64,000 nt of DNA from an uncultured delta proteobacterium (GCA_963782055.1 CAWAIF010000003.1:1696001-1760000), one strand, 5' to 3'; shown: positions 49,761-60,680, numbered from the stretch's first letter. Program-made: numbers and translations. The notes: generated by a model not told the origin, from the letters alone.

Positions 49761-51983
49761 TCACCGCGTGGCGCGGACGGCGGCGGCCTTCTCCTCGAGC
49801 GCGACGAGCACGTCGAAGGCGCGCGCGTGAACCGCGCGGCGCGCGGTCTCGAAGTGCACCGACCCGCGATACGGGTCGAACAGCGGGCAGGCGTCCATCC
49901 ACGAGGCGTCGAAGAGCCCGGCGGCGACGGCCTCGTCGAGCGCGCGCAGGGCGCGGTCGTCCTCGTGCGCCCAGGCGGAGAGCTCGGCGGCGAGCTGGAA
50001 GACGAAGGCACGCCGGCGCAGGGAGGCGCCCGCGACGAAGGGCTCGAAGCTCGCGGGGGGCCGGCCGCTTTCGAGCACGGTGTGGGACACCGTCCTGAGG
50101 AGCGGGAAGCCGAGGCGGTCGAGCTTCCTGGTGTCGATGCGGTCGATGAACTCGTGCAGCGCCGCGCGGTCGCGGTTCCAGACGGCGACGCGCGACGCGT
50201 GCACCTGCAGCCGGGTCCAGCCGGCTTGCTGCCGATCGGCGCGGCGCGCCACGTCCAGGGCGTCCGCGTAGCGGCCGCGCAGCGCCGCGACGCGCATCTC
50301 GACCTCGGCGCCGGTGATGTAGGACGCATCCAGCGTGGTGACCGAGCGCGCCAGGCCCAACGCCGGCTCGATCGCGCCTGCCTCGAGCAGCACGTGCGCC
50401 AGCGCGTCGCGCGCGTCCACCGTGCCGGGCGCGAGGCGCAGGGCGTCGACGAAGTGCGACGCCCCCTCGACGGCGCTCATCTCCTGCAGGCACGCCCAGC
50501 CGAGCGCGACGTGCGGCTCCGGGTCGTCCCCGCCCGTGGCGAGCGCCTGCTCGCAGAGCGCGCGGGGGTCCTCGGCGGTGCGCTTCCAGAACCCCTGGCG
50601 TGCCAGGGCGAGCGCCTTCCACCCCAGCGCCGACGAGCAACCGAGCTCCTCGAGGCGGGTGAACATCTGCAGCGCGCGCGCGAGGTGGTCGGGGTAGAGC
50701 TGCCTGTACTCGGCGCGCGCCTGGAGAAAGAGCGTGGCCGCCTCCTCGCTGCCGAAGGCCGCCGCGGCGGTCGGCGGTCGCGTCTCGGTGGCGAGGGCGC
50801 GCGCGGCGAGGGAAGCCGCGCTCTCGGCGAGGTGGGTGAGCTCGGCCGCCGGGCCGCGGAGCTCGGTCCGCCAGAAGGTGTCCCCGCCGCGGCTGTGCAG
50901 CGAGACGGCCAGAGTGCACGCGCCCTCGCGCAGGGTGACGTCGCCCTCGAGGACGGCGACGGCGGCCTCGCGGTCCGTCCCGACGCGGACCTCGCCCGAC
51001 TCGCCGAGGCGCGCCGCGAGGTGGCTCGCCACCGCGTCGCGGAGCAAGGGGCTCGCCCCGTGGTACGCCAGGTCGAGCACGATGGATCGCGCCGGGCGGC
51101 AGAGCTCGTGCACCAGGGCGAACAGTTCGCTCTCCGCGCGGCTTTCGTACTGCGCGAGGACGGCGAGCGCGGTGCGCACCTCGCTCGCCGATGCGAAGCG
51201 GGCGGTGGGGTCGAGCGCCATCGCGCGCACCACGATCGCGCCGAGTGCCTCCGGGATGCTCGGGTCCACCGCGCGCGGGTCGGGCGGCGGCTCGCCTCCG
51301 GTGCGCTTGGTGGAGAAGGGGCGCTGCGCGGTGGCGGCCGTGAAGAGCAGCGCCCCGAGCGCGAACACGTCCGCCCGCGCCCCGACCGCTTCTCCGGCGA
51401 GCTGCTCCGGCGCCGCGTAGCTGGGCGTGCCGTAGCCGTCGGTGTGCGCGCTGGACGCGCGCAGGGCGATGCCGAAGTCGGTGATGACCGCGTGCCCGTC
51501 CGGAGCGAGCAGGACGTTGCCCGGCTTGAGGTCGCGGTGCACCACGCCGGCCGCGTGGATGGCCTCGAGGCCGGCGCAGACGTCGCCGGCCATCCGCGCG
51601 AGCTCGTGCACGGCGAGCGGCCCGCGCTTCAGGCGCGCGGCGAGGGACTGCCCCTCCACGTACTGCATCGTCAGGAAGAGGCGGCCGTCCTGCTCACCCA
51701 GGTCGTGGGTGCGGGCGACGTGCGGGCTGGAGACCCGCCGCGCGAGCCGGACCTCTTCCCGGAACCGCGCCAGCATGTCCGGCCGCAGGTCGAAGCTGGG
51801 GTCCACCACCTTCAGGGCGACCATCTCGTCGAGCTCGGAGTCGTATGCGAGATACACGCTTCCCATCCCGCCCGCGCCGAGCAGCGACACCACGCGCCAC
51901 CGCCCGCTGAACACCACCGGCGCCTCCGCTTCGTGCGGAGGCACCCTGCGCTCGATCAGCGTCGCCTCCGCGTCGGCGGGCAT
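49761..51983 (-). CDS. Ser/Thr protein kinase with C-terminal TPR-like region
   Basis: LGAGGMGSVY, VALK, HRDLKPGN, DFG, GTPSYAAPE, DVFALG. Confidence 0.95.
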   Translation of the reverse strand: MPADAEATLIERRVPPHEAEAPVVFSGRWRVVSLLGAGGMGSVYLAYDSELDEMVALKVVDPSFDLRPDMLARFREEVRLARRVSSPHVARTHDLGEQDGRLFLTMQYVEGQSLAARLKRGPLAVHELARMAGDVCAGLEAIHAAGVVHRDLKPGNVLLAPDGHAVITDFGIALRASSAHTDGYGTPSYAAPEQLAGEAVGARADVFALGALLFTAATAQRPFSTKRTGGEPPPDPRAVDPSIPEALGAIVVRAMALDPTARFASASEVRTALAVLAQYESRAESELFALVHELCRPARSIVLDLAYHGASPLLRDAVASHLAARLGESGEVRVGTDREAAVAVLEGDVTLREGACTLAVSLHSRGGDTFWRTELRGPAAELTHLAESAASLAARALATETRPPTAAAAFGSEEAATLFLQARAEYRQLYPDHLARALQMFTRLEELGCSSALGWKALALARQGFWKRTAEDPRALCEQALATGGDDPEPHVALGWACLQEMSAVEGASHFVDALRLAPGTVDARDALAHVLLEAGAIEPALGLARSVTTLDASYITGAEVEMRVAALRGRYADALDVARRADRQQAGWTRLQVHASRVAVWNRDRAALHEFIDRIDTRKLDRLGFPLLRTVSHTVLESGRPPASFEPFVAGASLRRRAFVFQLAAELSAWAHEDDRALRALDEAVAAGLFDASWMDACPLFDPYRGSVHFETARRAVHARAFDVLVALEEKAAAVRATR

Positions 51984-52028
51984 CGGTCCAGCATAGCGCA
52001 AGGGGGAAGCAAGGAGGGGAGGGGAGCC

Positions 52029-53882
52029 TCAGGGCCAGCTCGTGCCGTCGCGGCGGTGCACGGTCCATCCGGAGGGGACCAGATCCGGCGGGACCGAGGC
52101 GTCGATCGGGATGCGTGTGCCCGCCTCGATCTGCGCCTTGTGCTTCACGATGAACAGCTTCCACCGGCGCGCCAGCGCCGCCGCGGCGCCAGGAGAGGGA
52201 GCCCCCGACGATCCGTAGCCGTGCTCGTCCAGCAGGGAGACCAGCTCCCCCAGCACCTCGTTGGACATCGCCGGCTCCGGGATACGACCCGCGAGCACGA
52301 GCGCGCAGTCGTAGCGCGCGCCCAGGTCGCCGGCGGCGTTGATCGCGGCGTTGAGGCGCATGTCGTCCTTCGCGTGGGCGACGATGGCGAGCACCGGCTT
52401 GACCAGCGCGACGAGCTTGCCGCGCTGCGCGAGCTGTGCGGCGGCGACCTGCACATCCGGGTCCGGGTGAGCGAGATCCGCGGCGACGGCGGGCACCATG
52501 CGCGCGGGCACCGGGGCCGGCGTGCGCTGCAGCGCGAGCTGCCGCACGTACGCGATGCGGTGCGCCAGCGCGCGCCCGAGCTCGGCCTCCCAGCCCGCGG
52601 GACGCGCGCCCTGGCCGAGCGCGACGAGCCAGACGGCGGTCTCGCCTGCGTCGTGGGGCGACGCCGCCGGCGAGGCGCCACGCCCGAGGAGGATGAGCGC
52701 CGCGCGCAGCAGCTCCTGGCAGGCCCCGCGCGGCGTCGGGTAGACGTCCGTCTCCGGGGGGACGGTGCGCGTGCGATCGATGGCGGTCGTCAACGCGGAC
52801 GTCACGCCGGCGAGGTCCGGCGGGGTGCCGACCGCCTCCATCATGAAGGCGCCGCTCTGGACGTCGCCGACGTCGGTCGAGAGCAGGAGCTTGTGCGCGG
52901 CGGCGCGCACGTCGCCCGTGAAGGCGGCGCGCCACGCGTGCGACGAGAGGTACTTGCGCTGGTCGGTCATCTCGTTCGCAAAGACGTTGCGCGGGGGGAG
53001 CCCTCCGGCCAGCGCCGGGTCGGGGAGTCGCATCGCGAGCCCGCCGGCGGCGGCGCGCCGGACCTTCACGTCGCCGGCGCCGAGCAGCGACACCAGCGCG
53101 CGCGTCGCGTCGGACGTGGGGATCTCGGCGAGGCCGGAGACGGCGTCGACGGACCCGGCGCGAGCGCGCGCGCGCAGCGGCGCGACGTAGACCTCGTAGC
53201 GCAGGGCGGAGAAGTCGGCGTAGGGGATGGAGACCTTGCCCGCCTCGCGGTTCGGATCGCGGGGCAGGGCGTCCATCCGCGCGACGACGGCGGCCGCCTC
53301 CGCGGCGTCGGGCGTGACCAGCTCCACGCTGCCGGTGCCGGCCGGGGCGGTGCCCTTCGGCCACCCGAGATCGTGGGTCACGCGGATCGCGTACGTCCCC
53401 GCCGCGTCGATGCGCGCGTAGCGGGCGAGCGGCAGCGACTGACACCACTTGGTGCCCGGCGCGATGCTCGGCGAGTACGACATCCCACCCAGGTTGTACG
53501 GGTGGGGATCGGGGTCGGCCATGAGCGTGCCGTGCGCGTCGCGCACCTGCACCTTGAAGCGCAGGCTGCGCGACGAGCCGCGGTAGTCTCCTCCGACGTC
53601 GATGGTGAACGGCGCGGCCCCTGTGTTCGTCACGCAGTAGTCGACCAGGACGTTCTCGCCGAGGAAGTGCTTGCCGCGGGCGTCGAGGGTGACGCGCGCC
53701 CCGGTCGCCGGCGCCGGGGTCGCGGGCGCCGCGTCCGCAGCGGAGCCCGCAGACGCCGCGGTCGTCGCGGCCGCCGCAGACGCCACCGTGCCGGGGGGCG
53801 CCGGGCTCGGCCCGGGGGACGGCACCGCGGCCGATCTCCCGCACGCCACCACCAGGACCAGCACGCCCAGGCGCCTCCGCAT
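52029..53882 (-). CDS. Lipoprotein with Ig-like domain and HEAT-like repeats
   Basis: Lipobox VVAC; Ala-rich helical repeats (DVKVRRAAA, DPDVQVAAA). Confidence 0.7.
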   Translation of the reverse strand: MRRRLGVLVLVVACGRSAAVPSPGPSPAPPGTVASAAAATTAASAGSAADAAPATPAPATGARVTLDARGKHFLGENVLVDYCVTNTGAAPFTIDVGGDYRGSSRSLRFKVQVRDAHGTLMADPDPHPYNLGGMSYSPSIAPGTKWCQSLPLARYARIDAAGTYAIRVTHDLGWPKGTAPAGTGSVELVTPDAAEAAAVVARMDALPRDPNREAGKVSIPYADFSALRYEVYVAPLRARARAGSVDAVSGLAEIPTSDATRALVSLLGAGDVKVRRAAAGGLAMRLPDPALAGGLPPRNVFANEMTDQRKYLSSHAWRAAFTGDVRAAAHKLLLSTDVGDVQSGAFMMEAVGTPPDLAGVTSALTTAIDRTRTVPPETDVYPTPRGACQELLRAALILLGRGASPAASPHDAGETAVWLVALGQGARPAGWEAELGRALAHRIAYVRQLALQRTPAPVPARMVPAVAADLAHPDPDVQVAAAQLAQRGKLVALVKPVLAIVAHAKDDMRLNAAINAAGDLGARYDCALVLAGRIPEPAMSNEVLGELVSLLDEHGYGSSGAPSPGAAAALARRWKLFIVKHKAQIEAGTRIPIDASVPPDLVPSGWTVHRRDGTSWP

Positions 53883-54041
53883 GGACCTTGGTACGTCCCA
53901 GGCTGCCGTTTGTTCCGTCGCCCCGCATTTCAGCGCGGCCGCGCGGCCCGCACCATCGCGCCCGCGGCGTGGGCAACATGCTCCGCGGTCAACGTCCACG
54001 CCCACGTCGACGGTTCACCTCCGGCGCGCCGCGGCCGGCGC

Positions 54042-54067
54042 AGCACGCGAGCATGAGCCGGAGCACG
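54042..54067 (-). repeat. 26-bp dispersed repeat, copy 2
   Basis: Minus strand CGTGCTCCGGCTCATGCTCGCGTGCT, ~40 nt after the RND permease stop. Confidence 0.75.
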
Positions 54068-54106
54068 GCCGCGAGGAGGGGCCACCCCCCCTCTCGCTCT
54101 TCTCTC

Positions 54107-57100
54107 TCACTCTCCCGCAGCCGGCTGGGCAGCGGGGGCCGCGCCCGGCTCCTCCGCCTTCATCCCGAACAGCCTCCGGAGTCCCACCGAGAGATCGTCG
54201 AACAGCGAGTACGCCACCGGTGTGGCCAGGAGGGTGAGCAGCAAGGACAGCACCTGCCCGCCCACGACCACGCCCGCCGTCGCCCGGTTGAAGCCCGCGC
54301 CGACGCCCTTGGAGAGCAGCAGCGGGATCATGCCCGCCACGAAGGCCGCGGTCGTCATCAGGATGGGCCGCAACCGATCGCGGTTGGCGAGCAGGATCGC
54401 CTCCAGCCGCGGCATCCCGCTCTCGCGGAGCTTGTTGGTGTGGTCCACCTGCAAGATGGCGTTCTTCTTCACCACGCCGAAGAGCACGAGGATGCCGAGC
54501 ACCGAGTAGATGTCGATCGCCTGGTGAAACAGCACGATGGACATGAAGGCGAAGGGGAGCGTCAGCGGCAGCGAGAGCAGGATGGTGATGGGGTGCAGCC
54601 ACGACTCGAACTGCGCGGCGAGCACCAGGTACATGAAGACGAAGGACAGGACGAGCGAGAGGATGAAGGCGACGAAGACGCGCCCCATCTCGCGCGTCTG
54701 CCCGGTGGGCGCGGCCTGGTAGCCCGGGGGCAGGTGCTCCTCGTTCAGGATCTTCTGCAGCGCGGCGGCGATGGCGCCGTCGCCCACGCCCGGCGCCGCG
54801 TTGGCCATCAGCGTCACCTGCCGCTGCCGGTTGAGGCGGTCGATGCGTGACGGCCCGGTGCCCCGCTTGAGGTGGACCACGTCGCTCAGCGGCACGAAGC
54901 CGAGCTTCGCCGACGGCACCGTCAACAGCTCCAGCCCCGCGGCGTCGGTGCGGTAGGCGTGCTCCGCGCGCACGTGCACCTCGTATTGCTCGCCGTTCTC
55001 CTCGTACGTGGAGACGTCTAGGCCCTCCACGAGCAGCCGCAGCGCGTTGGCCACGTCCTGCACCTGCACGCCCAGGTCCGCCGCGCGCTCGCGGTCGATG
55101 TACACGCCGATCTCCGGCTTGCCGACGATGAGCGACGAGTCCACGTCCACCGCGCCGGGCACCTTCCTCAGCTTGGCGGTCACGTCCTTGGCGATGGCCT
55201 CCAGCTTCTTCAGGTCCGGCCCCCGCACGGTGAACTGGGTGCGCGCCGTCGAGAAGCCGCCGCCGAACATGCCGACCTCGCCGACCGTGATGCGCAGGTC
55301 CTTCGGCTGGTGGGCGATGACGCTGGTGCGTACCCACTCCATCATGTCGTTCTGCGAGACCAGGCGGGTCTTCGGGTCGGTGAGCAGCACGTAGATGGTG
55401 GAGAGGTTCTTCGTCTCCGCGGCGTCGTCTCCCGCGGTGACGACGGTGAGCTTGACGTTGGGGTTGGTGCGGAGCTCGCGCGCGATGCGCTCGCCGATGA
55501 GCTCCGTCTGCTCCAGGCTGGTGCCCTCCGGCGCGCGGATCTGCACGTTGAAGCGCGCCTCGTCGTTGACCGGGAGGAAGCCCTTGTTGGCGTGCTTCGC
55601 CAGCGGGATGCACGAGCCGAGGGTGAGGCATGCGGCGACGACGACGAGCCAGCGGTGTCGCATCACGTACTTGAGCAGGGCGGAGTACGCGCGCTCGATG
55701 GGGCGGTAGAAGAAGTCCACCGTGCGCTCCCCGAGGGGCTTCTCCACCGCGTTGCCGGGTTCGCGCGGCTTGAGCCAGCGGGAGGCGAGCATCGGCGTGA
55801 GGGAGAAGCTCACGACCATGGAGACGGCGATGGCGCACGCCATGGTCACGCCGAAGCTCGCGAGGAAGCGGCCCGGGATGCCGCCCATGAAGGCCACCGG
55901 GAGGAACACCGCGATGAGGGAGAGGGTGGTGGCGACGACCGCCATGCCGATCTCCTTGGTGGCGGTGACGGCGGCCACGCGCGGCGCCTCTCCCTTCTCG
56001 TCGACGTGGCGGAAGATGTTCTCCAGCACGACGATGGCGTCGTCGATGACGATGCCGACGGCCAGGGCGAGCGCCAGCAGGGTGATGGTGTTGAGCGTGT
56101 AGTGGAAAAACCACATCGTGGCGAAGGTGCCGACGATGCTGGTGGGGATGGCCAGCGCCGCGATGACGGTGCTGCGCAGGCTCCCGAGGAAGAGGAGCAC
56201 CACCACCGCGGCGAAGAGCGCGCCGACGACAAGGTGCTCCTTCACCGAGTCGACGCTCGTCTGGATGGTGGCCGAGTCGTCGCGGACCAGGTCGATGGAG
56301 TAGCCCGCCGGCAGCTCCTTCTTCAGGTCGGAGACGCGCTCCTTGACCCGGCTGGCCACCTCCACGGTGTTGGTGCCCGACTGCTTGCGCAGGGCGAGGA
56401 GCACGGTGGGCGCGCCGTCGAGCTCGGCGGCCGAGGAGGCCTCCTGCTGGCCGTCGTCCACGCGCGCCACGTCGGCGACACGTACGGAATGCCCGGAGAC
56501 TTGCTTGACCACCAGGTCGCCGATCTCCTTCGGGTCGACGACGCGGCCGTGGATGCGCACCGTCAGCTCCTGCGGGCCGGTGTCGACGCGGCCGCCGGGG
56601 ACGGTGAGGTTCTGCGCGGCGATCGCGCGCTGGACGTCGGTTGCTGTGATGCCGTAAGCGCGCAGGCGGATGGGATCCAGCCAGACGTTGATCTGCCGCT
56701 TGCGGCCGCCGATGAGCTGCACCTGCCCGACGCCGTTCACCGATTCCAGCGAGCGCCGCACCTTCTTGTCGGCGACCTCGGTCACGTCCTTGATGTCGCG
56801 GCCGGGCGCCTTCAGCGCGAAGTAGAGGATGGGCTGCGCGTCGGGGTCGAGCTTGGCGACCGTCGGCAGGTCGATGTCCTTGGGCAGGTCGGGGATGACC
56901 AGGTTGAGGCGGTCGCGGACCTCCTGCGCGGCGGCGTCGGTGTTCTTGTCCAGGACGAAGGTGATGTAGACCTGCGAGACGCCCTCGGTGGAGACGCTTC
57001 GCAGCTCGTCGATACCGCTGATGGTGTTGACCGCCTCCTCCACCTTGTCGGTGATCTCGGTCTCCACGTCCTCCGGCGCGGCGCCGGGCAGGACCGTGGT

Positions 57101-57244
57101 GATGGCGACGACGGGGAGGTCGACGTTGGGGAAACGGTCGACGCCGAGCTGCATGTAGCCGGCGAACCCGATGACGAGGATCACCAGGATGAGGACCGAC
57201 GCGAAGATCGGCCTACGGACGCAGATCGCCGCGAGCCACTGCAT
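54107..57244 (-). CDS. RND efflux permease (AcrB/MdtB family)
   Basis: 1045 aa, DRFPNVDLP, GIVIDDAIVVLEN, LAAQFES, GVVKKNAIL, RLRPILMT. Confidence 0.97.
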   Translation of the reverse strand: MQWLAAICVRRPIFASVLILVILVIGFAGYMQLGVDRFPNVDLPVVAITTVLPGAAPEDVETEITDKVEEAVNTISGIDELRSVSTEGVSQVYITFVLDKNTDAAAQEVRDRLNLVIPDLPKDIDLPTVAKLDPDAQPILYFALKAPGRDIKDVTEVADKKVRRSLESVNGVGQVQLIGGRKRQINVWLDPIRLRAYGITATDVQRAIAAQNLTVPGGRVDTGPQELTVRIHGRVVDPKEIGDLVVKQVSGHSVRVADVARVDDGQQEASSAAELDGAPTVLLALRKQSGTNTVEVASRVKERVSDLKKELPAGYSIDLVRDDSATIQTSVDSVKEHLVVGALFAAVVVLLFLGSLRSTVIAALAIPTSIVGTFATMWFFHYTLNTITLLALALAVGIVIDDAIVVLENIFRHVDEKGEAPRVAAVTATKEIGMAVVATTLSLIAVFLPVAFMGGIPGRFLASFGVTMACAIAVSMVVSFSLTPMLASRWLKPREPGNAVEKPLGERTVDFFYRPIERAYSALLKYVMRHRWLVVVAACLTLGSCIPLAKHANKGFLPVNDEARFNVQIRAPEGTSLEQTELIGERIARELRTNPNVKLTVVTAGDDAAETKNLSTIYVLLTDPKTRLVSQNDMMEWVRTSVIAHQPKDLRITVGEVGMFGGGFSTARTQFTVRGPDLKKLEAIAKDVTAKLRKVPGAVDVDSSLIVGKPEIGVYIDRERAADLGVQVQDVANALRLLVEGLDVSTYEENGEQYEVHVRAEHAYRTDAAGLELLTVPSAKLGFVPLSDVVHLKRGTGPSRIDRLNRQRQVTLMANAAPGVGDGAIAAALQKILNEEHLPPGYQAAPTGQTREMGRVFVAFILSLVLSFVFMYLVLAAQFESWLHPITILLSLPLTLPFAFMSIVLFHQAIDIYSVLGILVLFGVVKKNAILQVDHTNKLRESGMPRLEAILLANRDRLRPILMTTAAFVAGMIPLLLSKGVGAGFNRATAGVVVGGQVLSLLLTLLATPVAYSLFDDLSVGLRRLFGMKAEEPGAAPAAQPAAGE

Positions 57245-57247
57245 GCG

Positions 57248-58315
57248 TCACTCCACCGGCGCGCCGTCGCGCAGGTCCGCGCCGGGCGCGGTGACGACCA
57301 TGTCCCCCGGCTTGACGCCGTTGATGATGCCGATCTTGTCCCCGGACTCGCTGCCCGTCTGCACGATGCGCTCCACCACCAGCCGCTCGACGACGACGAA
57401 GACGTGCGCCTTGCCGTCCTCCATGCGAAGGGCAGTCTTCGGGACCACGGGCATGGTCTTGTCGGCGAGGCGCAGGCGCGCGACCGCGAACATGCCCGGG
57501 CGCAGCTTGCCGTCGGCGTTGGGGACGGTCGCCTCGATGACCAGATCGCGCGAGGCGGCGCGCACGTTGGGGCTGATGAACTTGACGGTGCCGGTGAACG
57601 CCTCGTCGCCGAAGGCCGCCACGGTGAAGCTGACCGCCATGTCCTGCTGGAGCGCCCCGATGTCCGCCTCGGGCACGGTGAGCTCGAGGCGCAGCGGGTC
57701 GGGCTCGTAGAGGGAGGCGACGCGGGTGGCGGGTGAGACGTACTGCCCGACGTTGACGAAGCGCTCGCCGATGGTGCCGTCGAAGGGCGCGCGGATGCGC
57801 GAGTCACCCACCAGCTTGGAGGCGGTCTGCACCTGCGCCTCGGCCGCGGCCGCCGACCACTGCTGCGAGCTGCACAGCGTGGTGGCGCGGTCGAACTCGG
57901 CCTGCGAGATGGCGCCGGTGTCGAAGAGGTGCTTGTCGCGCGCGCAGTCCTTCTGCGCCTGGTCGAGCTGCGTCTTGGCGAGGTTCGCCTGGGCCTGGGC
58001 GGCTGTGGCGGAGAGCGCCGCGCTGCGTGCGTCCAGCGTGATGAGGATCTCGCCCTTCTTGACGTGCTGGCCGCGCTCCGCGTTGGTCTTGAGCACCTTG
58101 CCCGAGGCGTCCGCGGCGATGTCCGACTCCTCGCTCGCCCGGAGGGTGCCGGTGAGGGTGAGGTACTCCGGCATGGGCTGCTCGGCGACCGGCGCCGTCT
58201 GCACATGGACGGGCTTGAGCGCCTCCTTGGCGGCGGCGGATGACGGCGGGTCGTCCCCGCGCTTGCAGGCGGCGAGGGCGAGGGCGGCGAGAAGGAGGAC
58301 GCTTCGAGCGCGCAT
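57248..58315 (-). CDS. RND periplasmic adaptor (membrane fusion protein), lipoprotein
   Basis: Lipobox LAAC, GQHVKKGEIL, IRAPFDG, LRPGMFA. Confidence 0.95.
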   Translation of the reverse strand: MRARSVLLLAALALAACKRGDDPPSSAAAKEALKPVHVQTAPVAEQPMPEYLTLTGTLRASEESDIAADASGKVLKTNAERGQHVKKGEILITLDARSAALSATAAQAQANLAKTQLDQAQKDCARDKHLFDTGAISQAEFDRATTLCSSQQWSAAAAEAQVQTASKLVGDSRIRAPFDGTIGERFVNVGQYVSPATRVASLYEPDPLRLELTVPEADIGALQQDMAVSFTVAAFGDEAFTGTVKFISPNVRAASRDLVIEATVPNADGKLRPGMFAVARLRLADKTMPVVPKTALRMEDGKAHVFVVVERLVVERIVQTGSESGDKIGIINGVKPGDMVVTAPGADLRDGAPVE

Positions 58316-58431
58316 CGGAGGGGGCGGCCATGCATAGCACGGCGCGCGACGAGTGTACCGATGCGCCGCCCGCGCCGCTCGTTGCGAGTCGCGTCACGCC
58401 TCGGCCGCGCTGTCCGAAGTCCGACAGGGCC

Positions 58432-59355
58432 TCACTCGACCCAGTCGGGGAAGTGCTTCGGGGCGTCGAGGAGCATCTCGGCGCACGAGACGTTGCCGTT
58501 GCCGTCGATGTCGTCGGAGGCGTCGGTGCGCTCGGCGCGGTACGGGCTGCCCGGGTGGATGTCGATCTTGATGGTCGCGGCGGTGGCGAGGCAGGGGTCG
58601 TCGTAGCCGAGGATGGACTCGTCCAGGTGGACGTTGAGCTTGCCCTCGATGACGTCCGGCGTGAGCACGGTGCCCGAGAGGATGCCTGAGGTGCGCAGCG
58701 CGACGAAGAGATCCTGCGGCTGGGTGCAGGTGAGCACGGTGGCGAGGAGCGAGACGCCGGGGTGGCCGTCGCTGTCCTCGTCGATGGCGCCGGTGAGATC
58801 GTCCTGCGTCGGGAGCGGATCGGTCGCCGGGTTCTTCAGCGCGGCGCCCACGAGCACGAGGAAGGGCGGCGGCTGGTAGCTCGCGCCCAGGATGCTGTCG
58901 CTGGAGAGGTAGTCGCCCGTCGACTCGCTGGTCTTGGTCTGGATGAGCGACTGGAGCGCGGGCGGGATCTCCAGCGTGGCCACGTCCTGCACGACGGGGA
59001 GCTTGAAGGCGCAGAGGGTGGTCTTCTGGTGGACGCTCTTGCCCTTCTGCACGATGCGCAGTCGCAAGAGCTGCCGGAGCTGCACCGGCACGACGACGGT
59101 CGCGTCGATCGTCGCCTCGACGATGAAGATGCCGGTGAGGGGGCCGGCGCCGGTGGTGTCCCAGTCCTCCAGCGGCTCGTCCGGGATGGTGGCCGGCCCG
59201 GTGTCCGGCCCGCTCCCGGCGTCCACGCACCCGCCGACGGGGCAGTGGTCGGTGCGCAGGTAGGCCACGGCGGAGGCGTCCGGGCCGCAGTGCGCCAGCG
59301 CGGCCGCGAGCACGGCGCCCGCCGCGAGGACTGCGAGGCTGCCGGACTTCACCAT
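58432..59355 (-). CDS. Hypothetical lipoprotein with Ca-binding-type Asp motifs
   Basis: AHC lipobox; DEDSDGHPGVS, DIDGNG motifs. Confidence 0.7.
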   Translation of the reverse strand: MVKSGSLAVLAAGAVLAAALAHCGPDASAVAYLRTDHCPVGGCVDAGSGPDTGPATIPDEPLEDWDTTGAGPLTGIFIVEATIDATVVVPVQLRQLLRLRIVQKGKSVHQKTTLCAFKLPVVQDVATLEIPPALQSLIQTKTSESTGDYLSSDSILGASYQPPPFLVLVGAALKNPATDPLPTQDDLTGAIDEDSDGHPGVSLLATVLTCTQPQDLFVALRTSGILSGTVLTPDVIEGKLNVHLDESILGYDDPCLATAATIKIDIHPGSPYRAERTDASDDIDGNGNVSCAEMLLDAPKHFPDWVE

Positions 59356-60680
59356 CGCGCCTCCACGCCCAGCGAGGTGGCGAGCACGTGCCCGCCGTAG
59401 ACGTAAGAAGGATAGCCCGGGTTCTTCATGAGCGCCGTGTCGCTGGGGAAGCGGCGGAAGTCCTTGGTCTCCGATTGCTCGACCAGGACGATGTCCATCA
59501 GCGCGGCGGTGACGCGGGCGTCGATGCTCGGCCAGTGGAAGGCCTTGCCCAGGTCGAGCTGGAAGCCGAGGGAGCCGACGTGGCGGTCGGCGTCGAGCAG
59601 GTTGCTCGGCCCGCCGAAGTTGTCGACGGGCGACCTCTGGAAGCGGTAGCCGGCCATCAGGGCGAAGGCGGGCGTGGCGCGCCAGCGCGCTCCGAAGGCG
59701 GGGGTGAGGGTGTTGCCCCAGTTGCCCTCGCCGAAGAAGTTGCGGTTGGTGCTGAGCGCCTCCGACCAGAGGCCGTAGGTGAGGTCGGCGGAGAGGTCGA
59801 CGCCCGCGCCGGCGTCCACGCCCACCGCGAGGGTCATCTCGCTGGGCTCGAAGTAGTGCGAGAAGTGGTGGGAGTAGCCCATCACGCCCAGGTCGGGCAC
59901 GCCGCTGATGCGGGTGTTGCCCCAGTCGTCGACGTGACTCGCCTGGCGGTAGACGAGGCCGATGCGCAGGCGGTCGACGGGGGTGATGGTGGCTCCGAAG
60001 AGGGGCTCGACGCGGCCGAACACCTGCGCGTCGGTGCCGAGCTGGGTGTGCGTGCGCACGACGTCCTTGCCCGTCTGCGGGTCCGGCTCGAGCGCGACGC
60101 TGGTGACGACGCCGCGGGTGAGCGTCTGCACGTCGAAGAGGACGCGCAGCCCGACGCCGAGGGAGAGCCAGCGGGTGAGGCGGTAGGCGATCCCGGCGTG
60201 CGCGGACAGGACCTGCGTGCGGTCGGTGAGCAGCGTCCACTGCACGTCGTCGTCGGGGCGGATGGACCACTGGAAGAGGTGGCTGGGCACGTAGACGGCG
60301 AGGCCCATGTCCAGGCCGTCGAGGTGGAAGGGCTGCCCGACGCTGAAGCGGGTGCCGACGACGACGCCGGCGGTGTCGGGTGTCTCGGGCGTGGCGATCT
60401 CGCGCCCGCCGGGGCCGCTGACGTGGAGGGTGGGGTGCGCGTAGACGAGGGAGGCGGCGCCCTCGAAGAAGCCGCCCTTCTCGACGACGCCGCCGCCCGG
60501 CGCGAGGCCCGCGGGGTTGTAGTAGGTGGAGGCGTAGGTGCCGGGGCGCGCGGCGCAGGACCCGGCGAGCGCCATCGCCCCGGGGCCGAGGGCGAGGGTG
60601 TCCTCCACGCCGGCGCGCGCCGGGAGGGCGGCGAGCGTGACGACCGCGCATGCGGCGGTGGCGAGGAGGCGCGCGTTCAT
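59349..60680 (-). CDS. FadL/OmpP1/TodX-like outer-membrane transporter
   Basis: Signal peptide, MALAGS..STYYNPAGL hatch motif, C-terminal Trp. Confidence 0.85.
   Translation of the reverse strand: MNARLLATAACAVVTLAALPARAGVEDTLALGPGAMALAGSCAARPGTYASTYYNPAGLAPGGGVVEKGGFFEGAASLVYAHPTLHVSGPGGREIATPETPDTAGVVVGTRFSVGQPFHLDGLDMGLAVYVPSHLFQWSIRPDDDVQWTLLTDRTQVLSAHAGIAYRLTRWLSLGVGLRVLFDVQTLTRGVVTSVALEPDPQTGKDVVRTHTQLGTDAQVFGRVEPLFGATITPVDRLRIGLVYRQASHVDDWGNTRISGVPDLGVMGYSHHFSHYFEPSEMTLAVGVDAGAGVDLSADLTYGLWSEALSTNRNFFGEGNWGNTLTPAFGARWRATPAFALMAGYRFQRSPVDNFGGPSNLLDADRHVGSLGFQLDLGKAFHWPSIDARVTAALMDIVLVEQSETKDFRRFPSDTALMKNPGYPSYVYGGHVLATSLGVEARW

Noticed and set aside
53986..54012. GTCAAC-GTCCAC-GCCCAC-GTCGAC hexamer run
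   Set aside because: Short, degenerate and single occurrence; not enough to support a call.
49827..54056. Very long ORFs such as 49827-54056 (+), 12609-15011 (+), 55310-57736 (+) and the 5' extensions of 29493-34367 and 31412-36562
   Set aside because: Shadow or alternate-frame ORFs typical of very high GC DNA. They are Arg/Ala/Gly/Pro-rich and overlap genes with clear family motifs.
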